The notes: generated from the letters alone by a model not told the origin. A DNA stretch of 58,195 bases from Oligoflexia bacterium (GCA_046317855.1 JBKCVM010000135.1:1-58195); one strand, 5' to 3'; positions 1-9,387 are shown, numbered from the stretch's first letter. Translations and numbers: made by a program.

Positions 1-597
1 AAGAATTTTGCTGCAGACAAAGCTTCAAACGACTGGGTGCTGAATCTCGATGCCGATGAGGTCCTTACGCCTGAGCTCGTGCATGAGATCAAGGAGTGGC
101 TCACTGCTCAGCAAGTCCACCTAGAATCGGGCGGCATTCCAGCAATATTGAGTCTGCCTCGCAAGACTTTTTACCACTCGCAGTGGATCCGCTTTGGCGG
201 CTGGTACCCCAACGCTGTAGCCAGGCTTTCCCATCGCAAATACGCTCGCTGGACAGAGCCAGAAATCCACGAGCGGCTCGAAGGGACCGGGCCCGTCCAA
301 GTCACCCAAAACCCCCTTCTTCACTACTCTTTTGATTCCATTGGAGACCAAATCTCAACCAACCTCCGTTATGCCCGGCTCGGCTCGCGCGAGCTCTCGC
401 GGCGCGGCCAGCGCTTTAGCCTAATCAGGCTCCTCTTCAAGCCCATCTCCAAATTCGTGGAGTGTTTTTTTTGGAAGGGCGGATTTTTGGACGGTAGGCT
501 TGGGCTCATCATCGCGGTCAACGCTGCCCACAGCATGTTTCTAAAGCAGGCTTTTTTACTTGAATCTGAGGGAAGCAAGCAAGGTGTCACGCAATGA
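1..597 (+). CDS. Glycosyltransferase family 2 (LPS biosynthesis-type), 5'-truncated by the window edge
   Basis: Frame open from base 1 (KNFAADKASNDWVLNLDADE); DxD motif, IRFGGWYP, IHE, LLHYS and GFLDGRLG motifs typical of WaaE/KdtX-like GT2. Confidence 0.85.
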   Translation, partial: KNFAADKASNDWVLNLDADEVLTPELVHEIKEWLTAQQVHLESGGIPAILSLPRKTFYHSQWIRFGGWYPNAVARLSHRKYARWTEPEIHERLEGTGPVQVTQNPLLHYSFDSIGDQISTNLRYARLGSRELSRRGQRFSLIRLLFKPISKFVECFFWKGGFLDGRLGLIIAVNAAHSMFLKQAFLLESEGSKQGVTQ

Positions 598-1298
598 AGG
601 TCCTGCTCATCGACAACACACGCGATCCAGACTCATGGGGATCCGGGGAGCTCAGACGCACTCTTTCAGCTCCGGATGGCAAACCTGCTGGGATTGCTCT
701 GCGCACACACCGAGCCCCGCACCGAGACTTTCCTAAAAATCTTGCCGAGTTTGATCGAATCGTACTTTCAGGATCGGCTACTTCGGCGACAGAAGACGCA
801 CTGTGGATCGAAAACTTACTCGAGCTCATCCGCAGCGCCGTGACCAACAGAATCCCTATTTTGGGAATCTGCTACGGCCACCAATCACTCGCCCGCGCAC
901 TTGCCGGAAAAAACTCTGTGCGCAGGGCTCAAGCCCCTGAAATCGGGTGGACTCAGATTCAGAAAACTGGCTCGTCGCAAAGCCCGTTGCTTCAGGGCCT
1001 ACCGAGCGAGTTCTACAGTTTCTCGATGCATTACGACGAGGTTTGTAAACTCCCCCAAGGGACGCGACTTCTTGCTTCCTCGCAACTTTGCCCCATCCAA
1101 GCGTTTGAGCTCGACTCTGCTCCTGCCTTTGGAGTGCAGTTCCATCCTGAGCGGGACCTAAAAGGAGCGGCGCATACCTTTGCCTTAAAGCAGAAGCTCA
1201 ACCCCCCCCCGCCTCTTTTGCATCCGCACCGTCAAGACCTTCACGACCCTCAGGTCGCAACAGTCTTGATCCAAAACTTTTACCGACTTAAAACGTAA
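594..1298 (+). CDS. Class I glutamine amidotransferase (GMP-synthase-like, stand-alone)
   Basis: ILGICYGHQ nucleophile elbow and QFHPE His-Glu; ATGA overlap with the upstream gene. Confidence 0.85.
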   Translation: MKVLLIDNTRDPDSWGSGELRRTLSAPDGKPAGIALRTHRAPHRDFPKNLAEFDRIVLSGSATSATEDALWIENLLELIRSAVTNRIPILGICYGHQSLARALAGKNSVRRAQAPEIGWTQIQKTGSSQSPLLQGLPSEFYSFSMHYDEVCKLPQGTRLLASSQLCPIQAFELDSAPAFGVQFHPERDLKGAAHTFALKQKLNPPPPLLHPHRQDLHDPQVATVLIQNFYRLKT

Positions 1299-1304
1299 TA
1301 CACC

Positions 1305-2348
1305 TTGCGCGCAAAAATCGTCCTCATCTTAAAACTCTCTTTGGTCGGCCTACTCTTGGCGTTTTTAGCCAAAAAGGGTCTTCTCTCGATCGAAGAGATG
1401 AAGAAGATATTAACCGACCCACAGGCTCTTGGCATTGCATTGGCAGCTTCCGTCGGAAACCTAGTGATTTGTATCTTTCGATGGCAGCTATTGCTCCGAG
1501 CCCAACAGATTTCTCTGTCGTGGATTAAAACGGCACGGCTCACCCTGATTGGGAACTTTTTTAACCTCGCTTTACCGGGAGCCGTGAGCGGCGATGTGGT
1601 CAAAGCGTTCTACATTGCAAGCGAACACAAGGGTCGCCGCGGACATGTCTTTGGGAGCATCTTGTTTGATCGAGTAGTCGGGGTATCCGGACTTGTGCTC
1701 GTAGCGACGCTCGCCATGCTCCTGGGATCGGGGCCACTTCACGACAACCCAAAATTTCAGCCGCTCAAAGGATTCATTCTCCTGGCATTCGTGGCCATGT
1801 TGGCTTTTTATTTCAGCCTGTTTTTTATCAAGACCTCCCATGACCCTATTCTTAAAATTCTTCACGCTGCTCAGAGGCGTGTGGCTGCCATTGCTTCACT
1901 CACTCGAATCTACGAAGGCGTACGGAACTACCATGCCCATCGCAGCATGGTTGCGATGGCTCTTGTTCTTTCCTGTCTGGTTCACTTTCTGGCTGCATTC
2001 TCTTGCCTTCAGTTTTTTGAGGTTCTAGACGGCCACGAAGCAAGTCTGTGGGGAATTTTTGTGGCCGTACCACTGGGCCTTCTGGTGACGGCAGTTCCTA
2101 TTGCGCCTGCCGGAGTCGGTACAGGACACGCGGCGTTTAGCTGGCTTTTTTTGCTACTGGGATCCCAGGCAGGGGCAAACATCTTTAGCCTCAGTGTCGT
2201 GTTTCAGTTGCTCTTTGGGGCACTGGGAGGATGGGTCTATCTCCGGTACCGCACCGAATTGCCTGAGCACAGTTCTGGCTTAGTTCAGGGGCGTGAAAAC
2301 TCCCATTCTACAGCCCTGTCTTCGGCCCTTTCAAAAACAAGCGATTGA
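1305..2348 (+). CDS. Lysylphosphatidylglycerol synthase TM / UPF0104 flippase-like membrane protein
   Basis: Multi-TM; RWQLLL, GNFFNLALPGAVSGDVVK, DRVVG and PIAPAGVG motifs. Confidence 0.8.
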   Translation: MRAKIVLILKLSLVGLLLAFLAKKGLLSIEEMKKILTDPQALGIALAASVGNLVICIFRWQLLLRAQQISLSWIKTARLTLIGNFFNLALPGAVSGDVVKAFYIASEHKGRRGHVFGSILFDRVVGVSGLVLVATLAMLLGSGPLHDNPKFQPLKGFILLAFVAMLAFYFSLFFIKTSHDPILKILHAAQRRVAAIASLTRIYEGVRNYHAHRSMVAMALVLSCLVHFLAAFSCLQFFEVLDGHEASLWGIFVAVPLGLLVTAVPIAPAGVGTGHAAFSWLFLLLGSQAGANIFSLSVVFQLLFGALGGWVYLRYRTELPEHSSGLVQGRENSHSTALSSALSKTSD

Positions 2349-3351
2349 TATCCTTACGGAGAATGGCCAGGCCCACGTCTTGTGCCAGGCTCCCACCGGA
2401 TCCGGAAAGAGCCTGATTTTCGAAACCCTTGCCCGAAAATCGGACAGCGCTACTTTGCTCATTTCACCGCTCAGGGCTCTGATTCGCCAACAAGAGCAAC
2501 ATCTAGACGCCTTGGGTGTCACCATCGACTCAAGCCTTCAGGCTCCGGCGCCCGTAGCGTGGGTCACTACCCCAGAGCAACTCATGGCCAGAGTGAGGGC
2601 AGGGTTCAGACCGGATCGGCGCACCCTGTTTGTAGTAGATGAATGTCATTGTGTCGAAGAGTGGGGGCCTGACTTTCGAACCGAATTTTCAGCCCTCCCC
2701 GGCCTTCCACAAAAATGGGAACTTAATAAATCCCTGTGGCTCTCTGCGACCCTCACCCGAAGCGCTCGTTTGCTACTCGAAGAATCCTTGCCTCACCCCA
2801 TTCACGAAATTGGGAGTTTTTCTCTTCACCCACATCTCACCCTTCAGAAGATCAGAATCGCACGGCATCTCCGAGTTTCGTTTCTCGTGAAGTGGCTCGA
2901 GCTCCATCCCCAACCTGGAATTCTCTTCTGTGCATCACGTAAAAGCTGCATAGAACTAGGTAACCTCTTGCGCTCACTGAAGCCCGACCCCTCTCAATCG
3001 GGCATTTACCACGCGGGGCTGATGCGCGAGGAGCGCTTGGCTGTCGAGTCGCAGGCACGTTCCGGACGACTCAAGTGGCTCTCAGCCACGAGTGCCTTTG
3101 GAATGGGAATGAACTACACTCACTTTGAATGGGTCATTCTTTGGGAGCCACCCTACACCCTATTGTCGCTAGCCCAGATGCTCGGACGGTGCGGAAGAAC
3201 TGAAAACGCGCGCCCCAAGGGCGTAATCCTCTGGGATGATCCAGAGCTAGAGCGGCTCAAAGCGCTCGATCCAGCAAACGCTGAGCCTATGGCAAAGTTT
3301 ATGGCTAGTCAGGAGTCTGCACAGGATTGGCTCCAAACGTACTTCTCTTAA
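2293..3351 (+). CDS. RecQ-like SF2 DExH helicase, helicase core only
   Basis: LRPFQ Q-motif, APTGSGKS, DECHCVEEWGPDFR, SAT, YHAGL, ATSAFGMGMN, QMLGRCGR; ends shortly after motif VI. Confidence 0.85.
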   Translation: MKTPILQPCLRPFQKQAIDILTENGQAHVLCQAPTGSGKSLIFETLARKSDSATLLISPLRALIRQQEQHLDALGVTIDSSLQAPAPVAWVTTPEQLMARVRAGFRPDRRTLFVVDECHCVEEWGPDFRTEFSALPGLPQKWELNKSLWLSATLTRSARLLLEESLPHPIHEIGSFSLHPHLTLQKIRIARHLRVSFLVKWLELHPQPGILFCASRKSCIELGNLLRSLKPDPSQSGIYHAGLMREERLAVESQARSGRLKWLSATSAFGMGMNYTHFEWVILWEPPYTLLSLAQMLGRCGRTENARPKGVILWDDPELERLKALDPANAEPMAKFMASQESAQDWLQTYFS

Positions 3352-3381
3352 AGACAAGGACCGATCCTCAGTACAACCCTT

Positions 3382-4572
3382 TCACCTCAAGGCCCGAAAC
3401 AAACACTCACATCCGTCACAGGGTGAGCGAAGGGCCTTGTCCTCGAATCTCACAAGCCATTCCGGCAGAAATCGCCGATAGTCTTTCCAGTCCAGCCCTG
3501 ATTCCCGAACATAGGTAATAAACCTTCTGACCTGTTGGTCATTGTCCGGGAGCCTGCGCCACGCTCCGAGCGCTAACAAGCCACGATTTTTTCGTAAAAA
3601 CTCCATGCGCGCCTCGAAAAGACGAGCCAGATCAATAAAATCATCAATAGAGCGCTGACCACGAATCGAACGGATCTCGAGCGTGCCCTCTAGCTCTGAC
3701 AATGAATTCTTTTTCAAAAACTGAGCGTAGACTTTCAGATAGTTGTCTAGGTCCGCTTTTTCAGGCGAACTCTTTGAGATCGCATCTTTTGCGAGTCGCA
3801 GTTCTCGCGCAATCGGATCGTAGAAAGAAACATTTGGCTCAGTTTTTAGAGAGACATGATCCAAGTTTACAGCGACAAACTTAGTCCCGCTTGCCGACTG
3901 GCTGTATGCAAACTTGATTTCTCTGATGAGCACTGCGGCGTCTATCAAGGTGCGCCTCGAGCCATCAAACCGGGCAAAAGCACCTCTCACCCAGTCCTTG
4001 ATTTTTTCGGACTGTCGAGAAATCGCCCGAGAGTTCATCGGATCCCACTCCAGCACACCCTCGGCAAACTCATGGTGATTCAGAAAATCTGCGAGAACAT
4101 TTCTGAGAGCGACGGGATCTGTAGCGAGTCCACTTTCTTTGATGCCGATGTGGATGTGTCCGGCAGTCATCGCAGGTTCTGTCGAAAGGCCCATCTCTTG
4201 GGCAGTATTGAACAAAAGCTCCTGAACTCGAGCAGAGACCCGCTCATACTGTTCTACGGTCGAGCCTTTGGCTTGTACCTCAATCACTCCCGGGTCCAAT
4301 GAAACCTGAAACCAAAAGTCCCCCAGATAGAACCTGGGTGAATCAAAACGGCAATCGGGCATCTCCTTGCATTTGAGCGAGATCCGCCTCATCAGCTCCA
4401 ATTGGGTTGGAACCTGCTCAACATGACGCTCAAATGGGTTAGAGGTTCTCCACTCAAGCTTGGTAAACTCCCACTCCGGGCCAAACGTTGGCGGCCAAGC
4501 GAAGGCGGAAATGGATAGAGTAGAACCTAAGAGGCTGAGCGCAAAGCTACTGAAAAGTCCACTCCACCGCAT
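3382..4572 (-). CDS. Secreted hypothetical protein with amidoligase (COOH-NH2 ligase / glutamate-cysteine ligase fold)-like motifs
   Basis: Sec-type signal peptide ending AFA; TFGPEWEF, DPGVIEV, AGHIHIG, KFVAVN and TLEIR motifs; GAGGAG RBS. Confidence 0.6.
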   Translation of the reverse strand: MRWSGLFSSFALSLLGSTLSISAFAWPPTFGPEWEFTKLEWRTSNPFERHVEQVPTQLELMRRISLKCKEMPDCRFDSPRFYLGDFWFQVSLDPGVIEVQAKGSTVEQYERVSARVQELLFNTAQEMGLSTEPAMTAGHIHIGIKESGLATDPVALRNVLADFLNHHEFAEGVLEWDPMNSRAISRQSEKIKDWVRGAFARFDGSRRTLIDAAVLIREIKFAYSQSASGTKFVAVNLDHVSLKTEPNVSFYDPIARELRLAKDAISKSSPEKADLDNYLKVYAQFLKKNSLSELEGTLEIRSIRGQRSIDDFIDLARLFEARMEFLRKNRGLLALGAWRRLPDNDQQVRRFITYVRESGLDWKDYRRFLPEWLVRFEDKALRSPCDGCECLFRALR

Positions 4573-4623
4573 AGACGACTCCTCGGAAGGAATCTAAAAA
4601 CACATTACTCAAACTGGAAAAAA

Positions 4624-4701
4624 TGGTCGGGGTGGCGGGATTTGAACCCACGACCCCTTGCACCCCATGCAAGTGCGCTAGCCAGGCTGCGCTACACCCC
4701 G
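4624..4701 (-). tRNA. tRNA-Pro (anticodon GGG)
   Basis: Reverse complement CGGGGTGTAGCGCAGCCTGGCTAGCGCACTTGCATGGGGTGCAAGGGGTCGTGGGTTCAAATCCCGCCACCCCGACCA folds as a cloverleaf; TTCAAAT T-loop; encoded CCA. Confidence 0.97.
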
Positions 4702-4718
4702 ACCGTCAGAAGGGCCTG

Positions 4719-4747
4719 AAGCTACGGAATCTGACCTATGGTGTCAA
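4719..4747 (-). promoter_or_regulatory. Sigma70-type promoter for tRNA-Pro
   Basis: Minus strand TTGACA-N17-TAGCTT just upstream of the tRNA. Confidence 0.65.
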
Positions 4748-4757
4748 ACTCAAAAAC

Positions 4758-5678
4758 TCAAGAAACAGCCACTCGACCCGCTCTCTTGAGTAACGGTGTC
4801 CTTGCCTTTGAGCTCGAGGCGGGCGGAGCCAATTCAACCAGCTCAGAGTGAGCTACAATGGCCTGCGTGAGCTGCCGATGCAGCTCATGCCCTGAGCGTG
4901 AAAGCCTGACCCGAGCCAAAATCGGATAACCTGCCAGAGCCAAGTCTCCGATGGCATCCAACACCTTGTGCCGGGCAAACTCATCACTGAAACGAAGGCC
5001 CTCGGGATTCAAAACCCCAGAATCATCCAGAACAATCGCATTTTGGAGTGAACCGCCTTGGGCTAGCCCCATTTTCTTCAAAGCTTCGACTTCTTTCAAA
5101 AAGCCGTAAGTTCTTGCCGAAAGAAACTCTTCAAACCGAGTCTCTCCGGCAACGAAAGAAAAACTCTGACGTCCAATGACAGGGTGTGGAAACTCAACCG
5201 TTGCCTCGACCGAAAAACCCTCTCCAGGCTCAGCTACGGCCCATTTGTCGCCGCTCTCCACTCGCACTACCTGATTGAGTCGGAGCACCTTGCGCGAACG
5301 AGCCTGGCGTTCAGTTCCTGCGTGATGAAGAGCCTTGAAAAACTCAATCGAGCTCCCGTCTGAAATCGGAACCTCTGGACCATTGATCTCAATTCTGAGG
5401 TTGTCGATCCCAGCAGCTACCACTGCACAAAGAAGATGCTCAACCGTACTGACCGACGCTTGCCCCAGCCCAAGGGTGGTTGCCATTTGAGTCTGGGTAA
5501 CGTTTTCAACCCTGGCTGGAATTTCGGGCGAACCCGAAAGATCCACTCGAACAAATCGAATTCCGCTTTGAGGAGGCGCCGGAAGGAGCCTCATCCGAAC
5601 CGGTTTGCCAGAATGCAGTCCAATCCCTGACCAATCCAGAGACTGCGCAATCGTCGATTGAAGAGAAAAGTTCATCAT
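4758..5678 (-). CDS. lpxC: UDP-3-O-acyl-N-acetylglucosamine deacetylase
   Basis: GIGLHSG, STVEHLL, EVPISDGS, ARTYGF, HKVLDAIGDL and GH motifs. Confidence 0.97.
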   Translation of the reverse strand: MMNFSLQSTIAQSLDWSGIGLHSGKPVRMRLLPAPPQSGIRFVRVDLSGSPEIPARVENVTQTQMATTLGLGQASVSTVEHLLCAVVAAGIDNLRIEINGPEVPISDGSSIEFFKALHHAGTERQARSRKVLRLNQVVRVESGDKWAVAEPGEGFSVEATVEFPHPVIGRQSFSFVAGETRFEEFLSARTYGFLKEVEALKKMGLAQGGSLQNAIVLDDSGVLNPEGLRFSDEFARHKVLDAIGDLALAGYPILARVRLSRSGHELHRQLTQAIVAHSELVELAPPASSSKARTPLLKRAGRVAVS

Positions 5679-5708
5679 GACCGGTCCCCCGTCCTAGAAC
5701 CCACTTGC

Positions 5709-5723
5709 GCAAGTTCCATACCG
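5709..5723 (-). promoter_or_regulatory. Candidate sigma54 (-24/-12) promoter of lpxC
   Basis: Minus strand CGGTATGGAACTTGC = GG-N10-GC, about 30 nt upstream of the lpxC ATG. Confidence 0.55.
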
Positions 5724-5809
5724 ATCCGTCCTCTGTCTTGATTTTTTTTCAATTTTTTTGAACCTTAATTTCTCAATGAAATCAGTTCATTAGTAAAACT
5801 GATTAAAAC

Positions 5810-5822
5810 AATCAAGTACTTG
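5810..5822 (+). promoter_or_regulatory. Candidate IHF binding site
   Basis: AATCAAGTACTTG matches the consensus WATCAANNNNTTR exactly, inside an AT-rich tract. Confidence 0.5.
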
Positions 5823-5842
5823 GCGGCTTTTTAGATCAGGTC

Positions 5843-5895
5843 TGTGCTCTTTTCGCCACACTCAAAAAATCCTCAGGTGTGGGATTCTTGGGACA
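5843..5895. promoter_or_regulatory. Two candidate enhancer (bEBP) sites, TGT-N12-ACA
   Basis: TGTGCTCTTTTCGCCACA (5843-5860) and TGTGGGATTCTTGGGACA (5878-5895), upstream of the IHF and sigma54 elements. Confidence 0.45.
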
Positions 5896-5912
5896 GTGAG
5901 GCCAACTCACCC

Positions 5913-6962
5913 CTATTCGAAAAGCCTCTCCTGAAGCGGCAGCATCTTGGCGTTTGTCACCCCGAGATGCTCGTAAGCTTGCCGAGTCGCAAGTCGCCCG
6001 CGAGGAGTGCGCTGAATAAACCCCTCCTGCAAAAGATAGGGCTCGTAAACATCTTCGAGAGTATCCCTCTCCTCGCCCAGAGCAGAAGCGAGAGTCTCGA
6101 TCCCCACGGGCCCCCCATCGAACTTTTCAAGAAGAGTGAGCAGAAATTTACGATCAAGAGGATCCAAGCCCTTTTCGTCCACTTCAAAGAGTTTGAGCGC
6201 ATCGCGCGCAACCGTAAGTGTGATCCGAGCCGACTTGGCCCGAACCTGCGTAAAGTCCCGCACCCGTTTCAGCAAGCGATTGGCAATACGAGGAGTACCG
6301 CGGCTTCGGCGGGCGATCTCCAGGGATGCCTCGACATCGATCGCAGCCCCCAAAAGCCCCGCCGAACGCTCTACGATTTGCTGCAACTCACTGTCTGGAT
6401 AAAAATCCAACCTCAGCGGAACACCAAAACGATCCCTGAGTGGACTCGAAAGCAAGCCAGTGCGCGTGGTGGCTCCCACCAAAGTAAAACGCGGAAGATC
6501 AATCCGGAGCGTCCGAGCACCCGGACCCTGCCCCATGATGAGGTCCAGCTTGTAGTCCTCCATAGCGCTATACAGAACTTCTTCAATGGCTTTGGGCAAC
6601 CGGTGAACTTCATCGATAAAAAGAACATCGCGCGGCTGAAGATTGGTCAAAATGGCTGCAAGATCGCCTTTTTTTTCGACATTGGGTCCACTCACCGTGT
6701 GAAGCTGTGTTCCCATCTCGTGCGCGATGATGTGAGCAAGCGTCGTTTTTCCAAGCCCGGGCGGCCCCGCCAGGAGCACGTGATCCAACGAGTCACCCCG
6801 CATCCGCGCGGCCTCAATGAAAAGCTTCAGGTTTTCTTTGACCTTGGACTGACCAATGTATTCACCCAAAACTGAGGGGCGCAGACTCTTTTCATTATCG
6901 CGCTCGCCATCAAACTCTGCGGCGCTACTCTCCCTACTCATGAGGCGACTTGGTGATTCCAT
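5913..6962 (-). CDS. ruvB: Holliday junction branch migration helicase RuvB
   Basis: [47 protein letters not shown]. Confidence 0.98.
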   Translation of the reverse strand: MESPSRLMSRESSAAEFDGERDNEKSLRPSVLGEYIGQSKVKENLKLFIEAARMRGDSLDHVLLAGPPGLGKTTLAHIIAHEMGTQLHTVSGPNVEKKGDLAAILTNLQPRDVLFIDEVHRLPKAIEEVLYSAMEDYKLDLIMGQGPGARTLRIDLPRFTLVGATTRTGLLSSPLRDRFGVPLRLDFYPDSELQQIVERSAGLLGAAIDVEASLEIARRSRGTPRIANRLLKRVRDFTQVRAKSARITLTVARDALKLFEVDEKGLDPLDRKFLLTLLEKFDGGPVGIETLASALGEERDTLEDVYEPYLLQEGFIQRTPRGRLATRQAYEHLGVTNAKMLPLQERLFE

Positions 6963-6972
6963 TTGGACTGCC

Positions 6973-7587
6973 CTACCTCAACTGCTGGAGTCCCCAGCGA
7001 ACATAATCTTCAGTTTTGGGTTTTTCTGCGCCCTTTTCGGCCTCGAGCCGCTTGAGCACAGCACCGACGTCCGCATCCCTGAAACCCAATTGCACGAGCG
7101 CCTCGTGGGCATCAGAAAGGACCCCAGGAGTCAGAACCCCCCCTGAAAGGCGCGCTCTGGCGGAGGCCACTTGAGACCATTCTGGCTTTTTGAGCGTGTC
7201 CCCTAGCTCCAGAACCACGCGTTCCGCTGTTTTTTTTCCCACTCCCGGAATTTTGGTGAGGAGAGCCACGTCACCCGTCAGAATCGCCTCAACGAGCGAA
7301 GAGGTCGAAAGCCCGCTCAGCATTGCCATCGCGCCTTTAGGCCCAATCCCGCTCACTCCCAGCAGTTTAAGAAAAAGCGCCTTTCCGGTTCGATCAAAAA
7401 AACCGTAAAGATCCAGGGCGTCTTCGCGCACATGCGTATGAATGTGCAGCTCAAGCTTCGAGCCCACTGCAAGAGATGAAACCTCCGGACCCGCAGCCAC
7501 TTGAACCTGATAGCCCACTCCAGCTACGAGCAGGGTCACCCTTGTTTCAGCAAGATCCAGGACCTCGCCTCTCAGAAATCCAATCAT
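6973..7587 (-). CDS. ruvA: Holliday junction DNA-binding protein RuvA
   Basis: [43 protein letters not shown]. Confidence 0.97.
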   Translation of the reverse strand: MIGFLRGEVLDLAETRVTLLVAGVGYQVQVAAGPEVSSLAVGSKLELHIHTHVREDALDLYGFFDRTGKALFLKLLGVSGIGPKGAMAMLSGLSTSSLVEAILTGDVALLTKIPGVGKKTAERVVLELGDTLKKPEWSQVASARARLSGGVLTPGVLSDAHEALVQLGFRDADVGAVLKRLEAEKGAEKPKTEDYVRWGLQQLR

Positions 7588-7599
7588 GTCCGCAGATCA

Positions 7600-8211
7600 T
7601 CACTCTTTTTTGGAGAAGTCTACGCGTCTAGCACTTCCAACCCGTTCAGGGGTTAACCCCAACGACTCGGCCAAAGAAAGGCGCTTCTTAGACGATCGAA
7701 CCGACACTCTGGGGTAAGCCCCAGAAGAGCCCAAAAAAAGTTGAGCATGGCACACCGCAAGAGCTAATGCGTCAGATGCATCCGAGGTTTTGAAGTCTTG
7801 CCCACCGAGCAGGAGCTGTAAAACTTTGGCTACCTGATCTTTATCAGCCGACCCGCTGCCGGCCACGGCCCGCTTCACCTCAGAGGCACTGTATTCATGG
7901 ATTGAAATTCCGCGGAGAGCACCGCTAACGAGCACTACGCCGCGCGCCTGCCCTAGCTTGAGGGATGAGACCGCATTCTTAGCAAAGAATACCCGCTCCA
8001 CGACAAACGCATCCGGCTGAAGACGATCCAGCACTTCACCCAGGCCTTGAAAAAGCAGCAGAAGCCGCTGTTCAAGCTCAACGTCCTGCTTTCCAGAAGT
8101 CGATGCCAACCGCAAGGTCCCATGTTCGATGGCGCGGAGTCGCCCAGCCACCACATCTACGCAGCCATATCCAGTAAGACGGGACCCCGGATCGATGCCG
8201 AGCACTCTCAT
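7600..8211 (-). CDS. ruvC: Crossover junction endodeoxyribonuclease RuvC (start at 8211 or 8226)
   Basis: MRVLGIDPG, VVERVFF, LGQARG, EVKRAVAGSGSADK, DASDALA; basic C-terminal extension of about 40 aa. Confidence 0.95.
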   Translation of the reverse strand: MRVLGIDPGSRLTGYGCVDVVAGRLRAIEHGTLRLASTSGKQDVELEQRLLLLFQGLGEVLDRLQPDAFVVERVFFAKNAVSSLKLGQARGVVLVSGALRGISIHEYSASEVKRAVAGSGSADKDQVAKVLQLLLGGQDFKTSDASDALALAVCHAQLFLGSSGAYPRVSVRSSKKRLSLAESLGLTPERVGSARRVDFSKKE

Positions 8212-8239
8212 GCCAGCATCATCCATCAGAAACCTGGAC

Positions 8240-9385
8240 TCACAAAGCCGGAATCGCCCGATCGTAAATTCTGTAGACCTTGGTGCGGTTTCCACACATG
8301 AGCTCAAGTGCCCGATTCATCGCCCGATTGTCCTCAAGGATCCACGATGCTTCGCCTACCGGATAACCTGCCGCCGGACCTCGACGCAGGTACTCCGTGT
8401 AAAAGAGGGGACCCATGCTAAAATTTCGATACGCCTTCTTGATTCCCAGCGTCAAAACTCGACACCGATTCATCACACTGCGGCGAGCAGGCCCCTTTGT
8501 GTACCAAAGCAGCTTCAACAGGCCAGTGGGCAGGAGCTTTCCGTCCGGAATTTTTTTAAAAACTTGGTTCACGTCGGGAAGGGCCAGGGCAAATCCGGCC
8601 GGCTCCCCGCGCACTTCGCCAATCAACAAAAGCTCAGGATCCACAATGGCCTTCATGTCCTTTGCCATGTGCCTGAACTCCTCAGGGCTCATTGGAACAA
8701 ACCCCCAGTTGTCTTCCCAAGCGTCGTTATAAATTTCGAGGATCCGATCCACTTCTTCTTCGTAGCGACGCATATTGATCGTGCGAAAAGTAATGTTGCC
8801 GTTCTGCTTGAGTCGCTCACTCTGCGCGAGCAACCTCTCCGAAAAACGACTCCCCTGATCGACAGTATAAGCCAAAAGATCCTTGGCCTTTGAAAACCCC
8901 TGCTTCTCGACCAGCTCAGCGTAATAGACGGGATTGTAGGGCATCATCACACTGGGAGCGTCATCAAAGCCCTCTATCAGCAATCCACACTCATGGTTGG
9001 TACTGAGATTGATCGGTCCACGCAGAACCGTGGCACCCCGCGAGCGAGCCCACTGGTCCACCGAGTCAAAAAGCGCCGCAGAAACCTCGGGGTCATTGAT
9101 GGATTCAAAAAACCCATAGAAAGCCGTCTGCTCTTGATGAAAGCGGTTGTGATTTTCGTCGACCACTCCAACAATACGACCCACGACCTCATCGCCCCGC
9201 AGGGCAAGATAAGCATTCATGAACGCATGTTTAAAAAAAGGATTCTTAGAAACATCCAGTGAGTCGCGCACCGCAATTCGAAGCGGCGGCACCCAATGCG
9301 GATCTGCAGAATAGATCTTCCACGGAAGCGCAATGAACCGATTCCAGTCCTGCGCCGACCTCACTTCTTTGACTGCGACCTGCAT
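8240..9385 (-). CDS. GNAT-fold N-acyltransferase, bacterial ceramide synthase (bCerS)-like
   Basis: FIALPWKIY..DPHWVPPL, NPFF, GFFES, GLLIEGF..P..MMPYNP.YY, NWGFVP, LPDVN, EASWILEDN and KVYRIY family motifs; directly downstream of an SPT-like gene. Confidence 0.75.
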   Translation of the reverse strand: MQVAVKEVRSAQDWNRFIALPWKIYSADPHWVPPLRIAVRDSLDVSKNPFFKHAFMNAYLALRGDEVVGRIVGVVDENHNRFHQEQTAFYGFFESINDPEVSAALFDSVDQWARSRGATVLRGPINLSTNHECGLLIEGFDDAPSVMMPYNPVYYAELVEKQGFSKAKDLLAYTVDQGSRFSERLLAQSERLKQNGNITFRTINMRRYEEEVDRILEIYNDAWEDNWGFVPMSPEEFRHMAKDMKAIVDPELLLIGEVRGEPAGFALALPDVNQVFKKIPDGKLLPTGLLKLLWYTKGPARRSVMNRCRVLTLGIKKAYRNFSMGPLFYTEYLRRGPAAGYPVGEASWILEDNRAMNRALELMCGNRTKVYRIYDRAIPAL

Positions 9386-9387
9386 GA

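Noticed and set aside
1202-1210. C9 homopolymer (also C9 at 44716-44724 and T9 at 20131-20139) as phase-variation tracts
   Set aside because: All are in frame and explained by Pro, Gly or Leu/Phe codon runs; a single sequence gives no evidence of length variation
594-4572. Functional pairing of the glutamine amidotransferase with the amidoligase-like protein
   Set aside because: They are on opposite strands, separated by two genes and predicted to be in different compartments
3352-4701. Possible tRNA-Pro-anchored integrative element
   Set aside because: No integrase, and I found no duplication of the tRNA 3' end (att site); only one accessory gene is present
5844-6875. 343-aa plus-strand ORF
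   Set aside because: Antisense shadow of ruvB with no recognisable motifs; the same applies to the long antisense ORFs over murA, prfA, ftsZ, the subtilase, the bCerS-like gene and hutU
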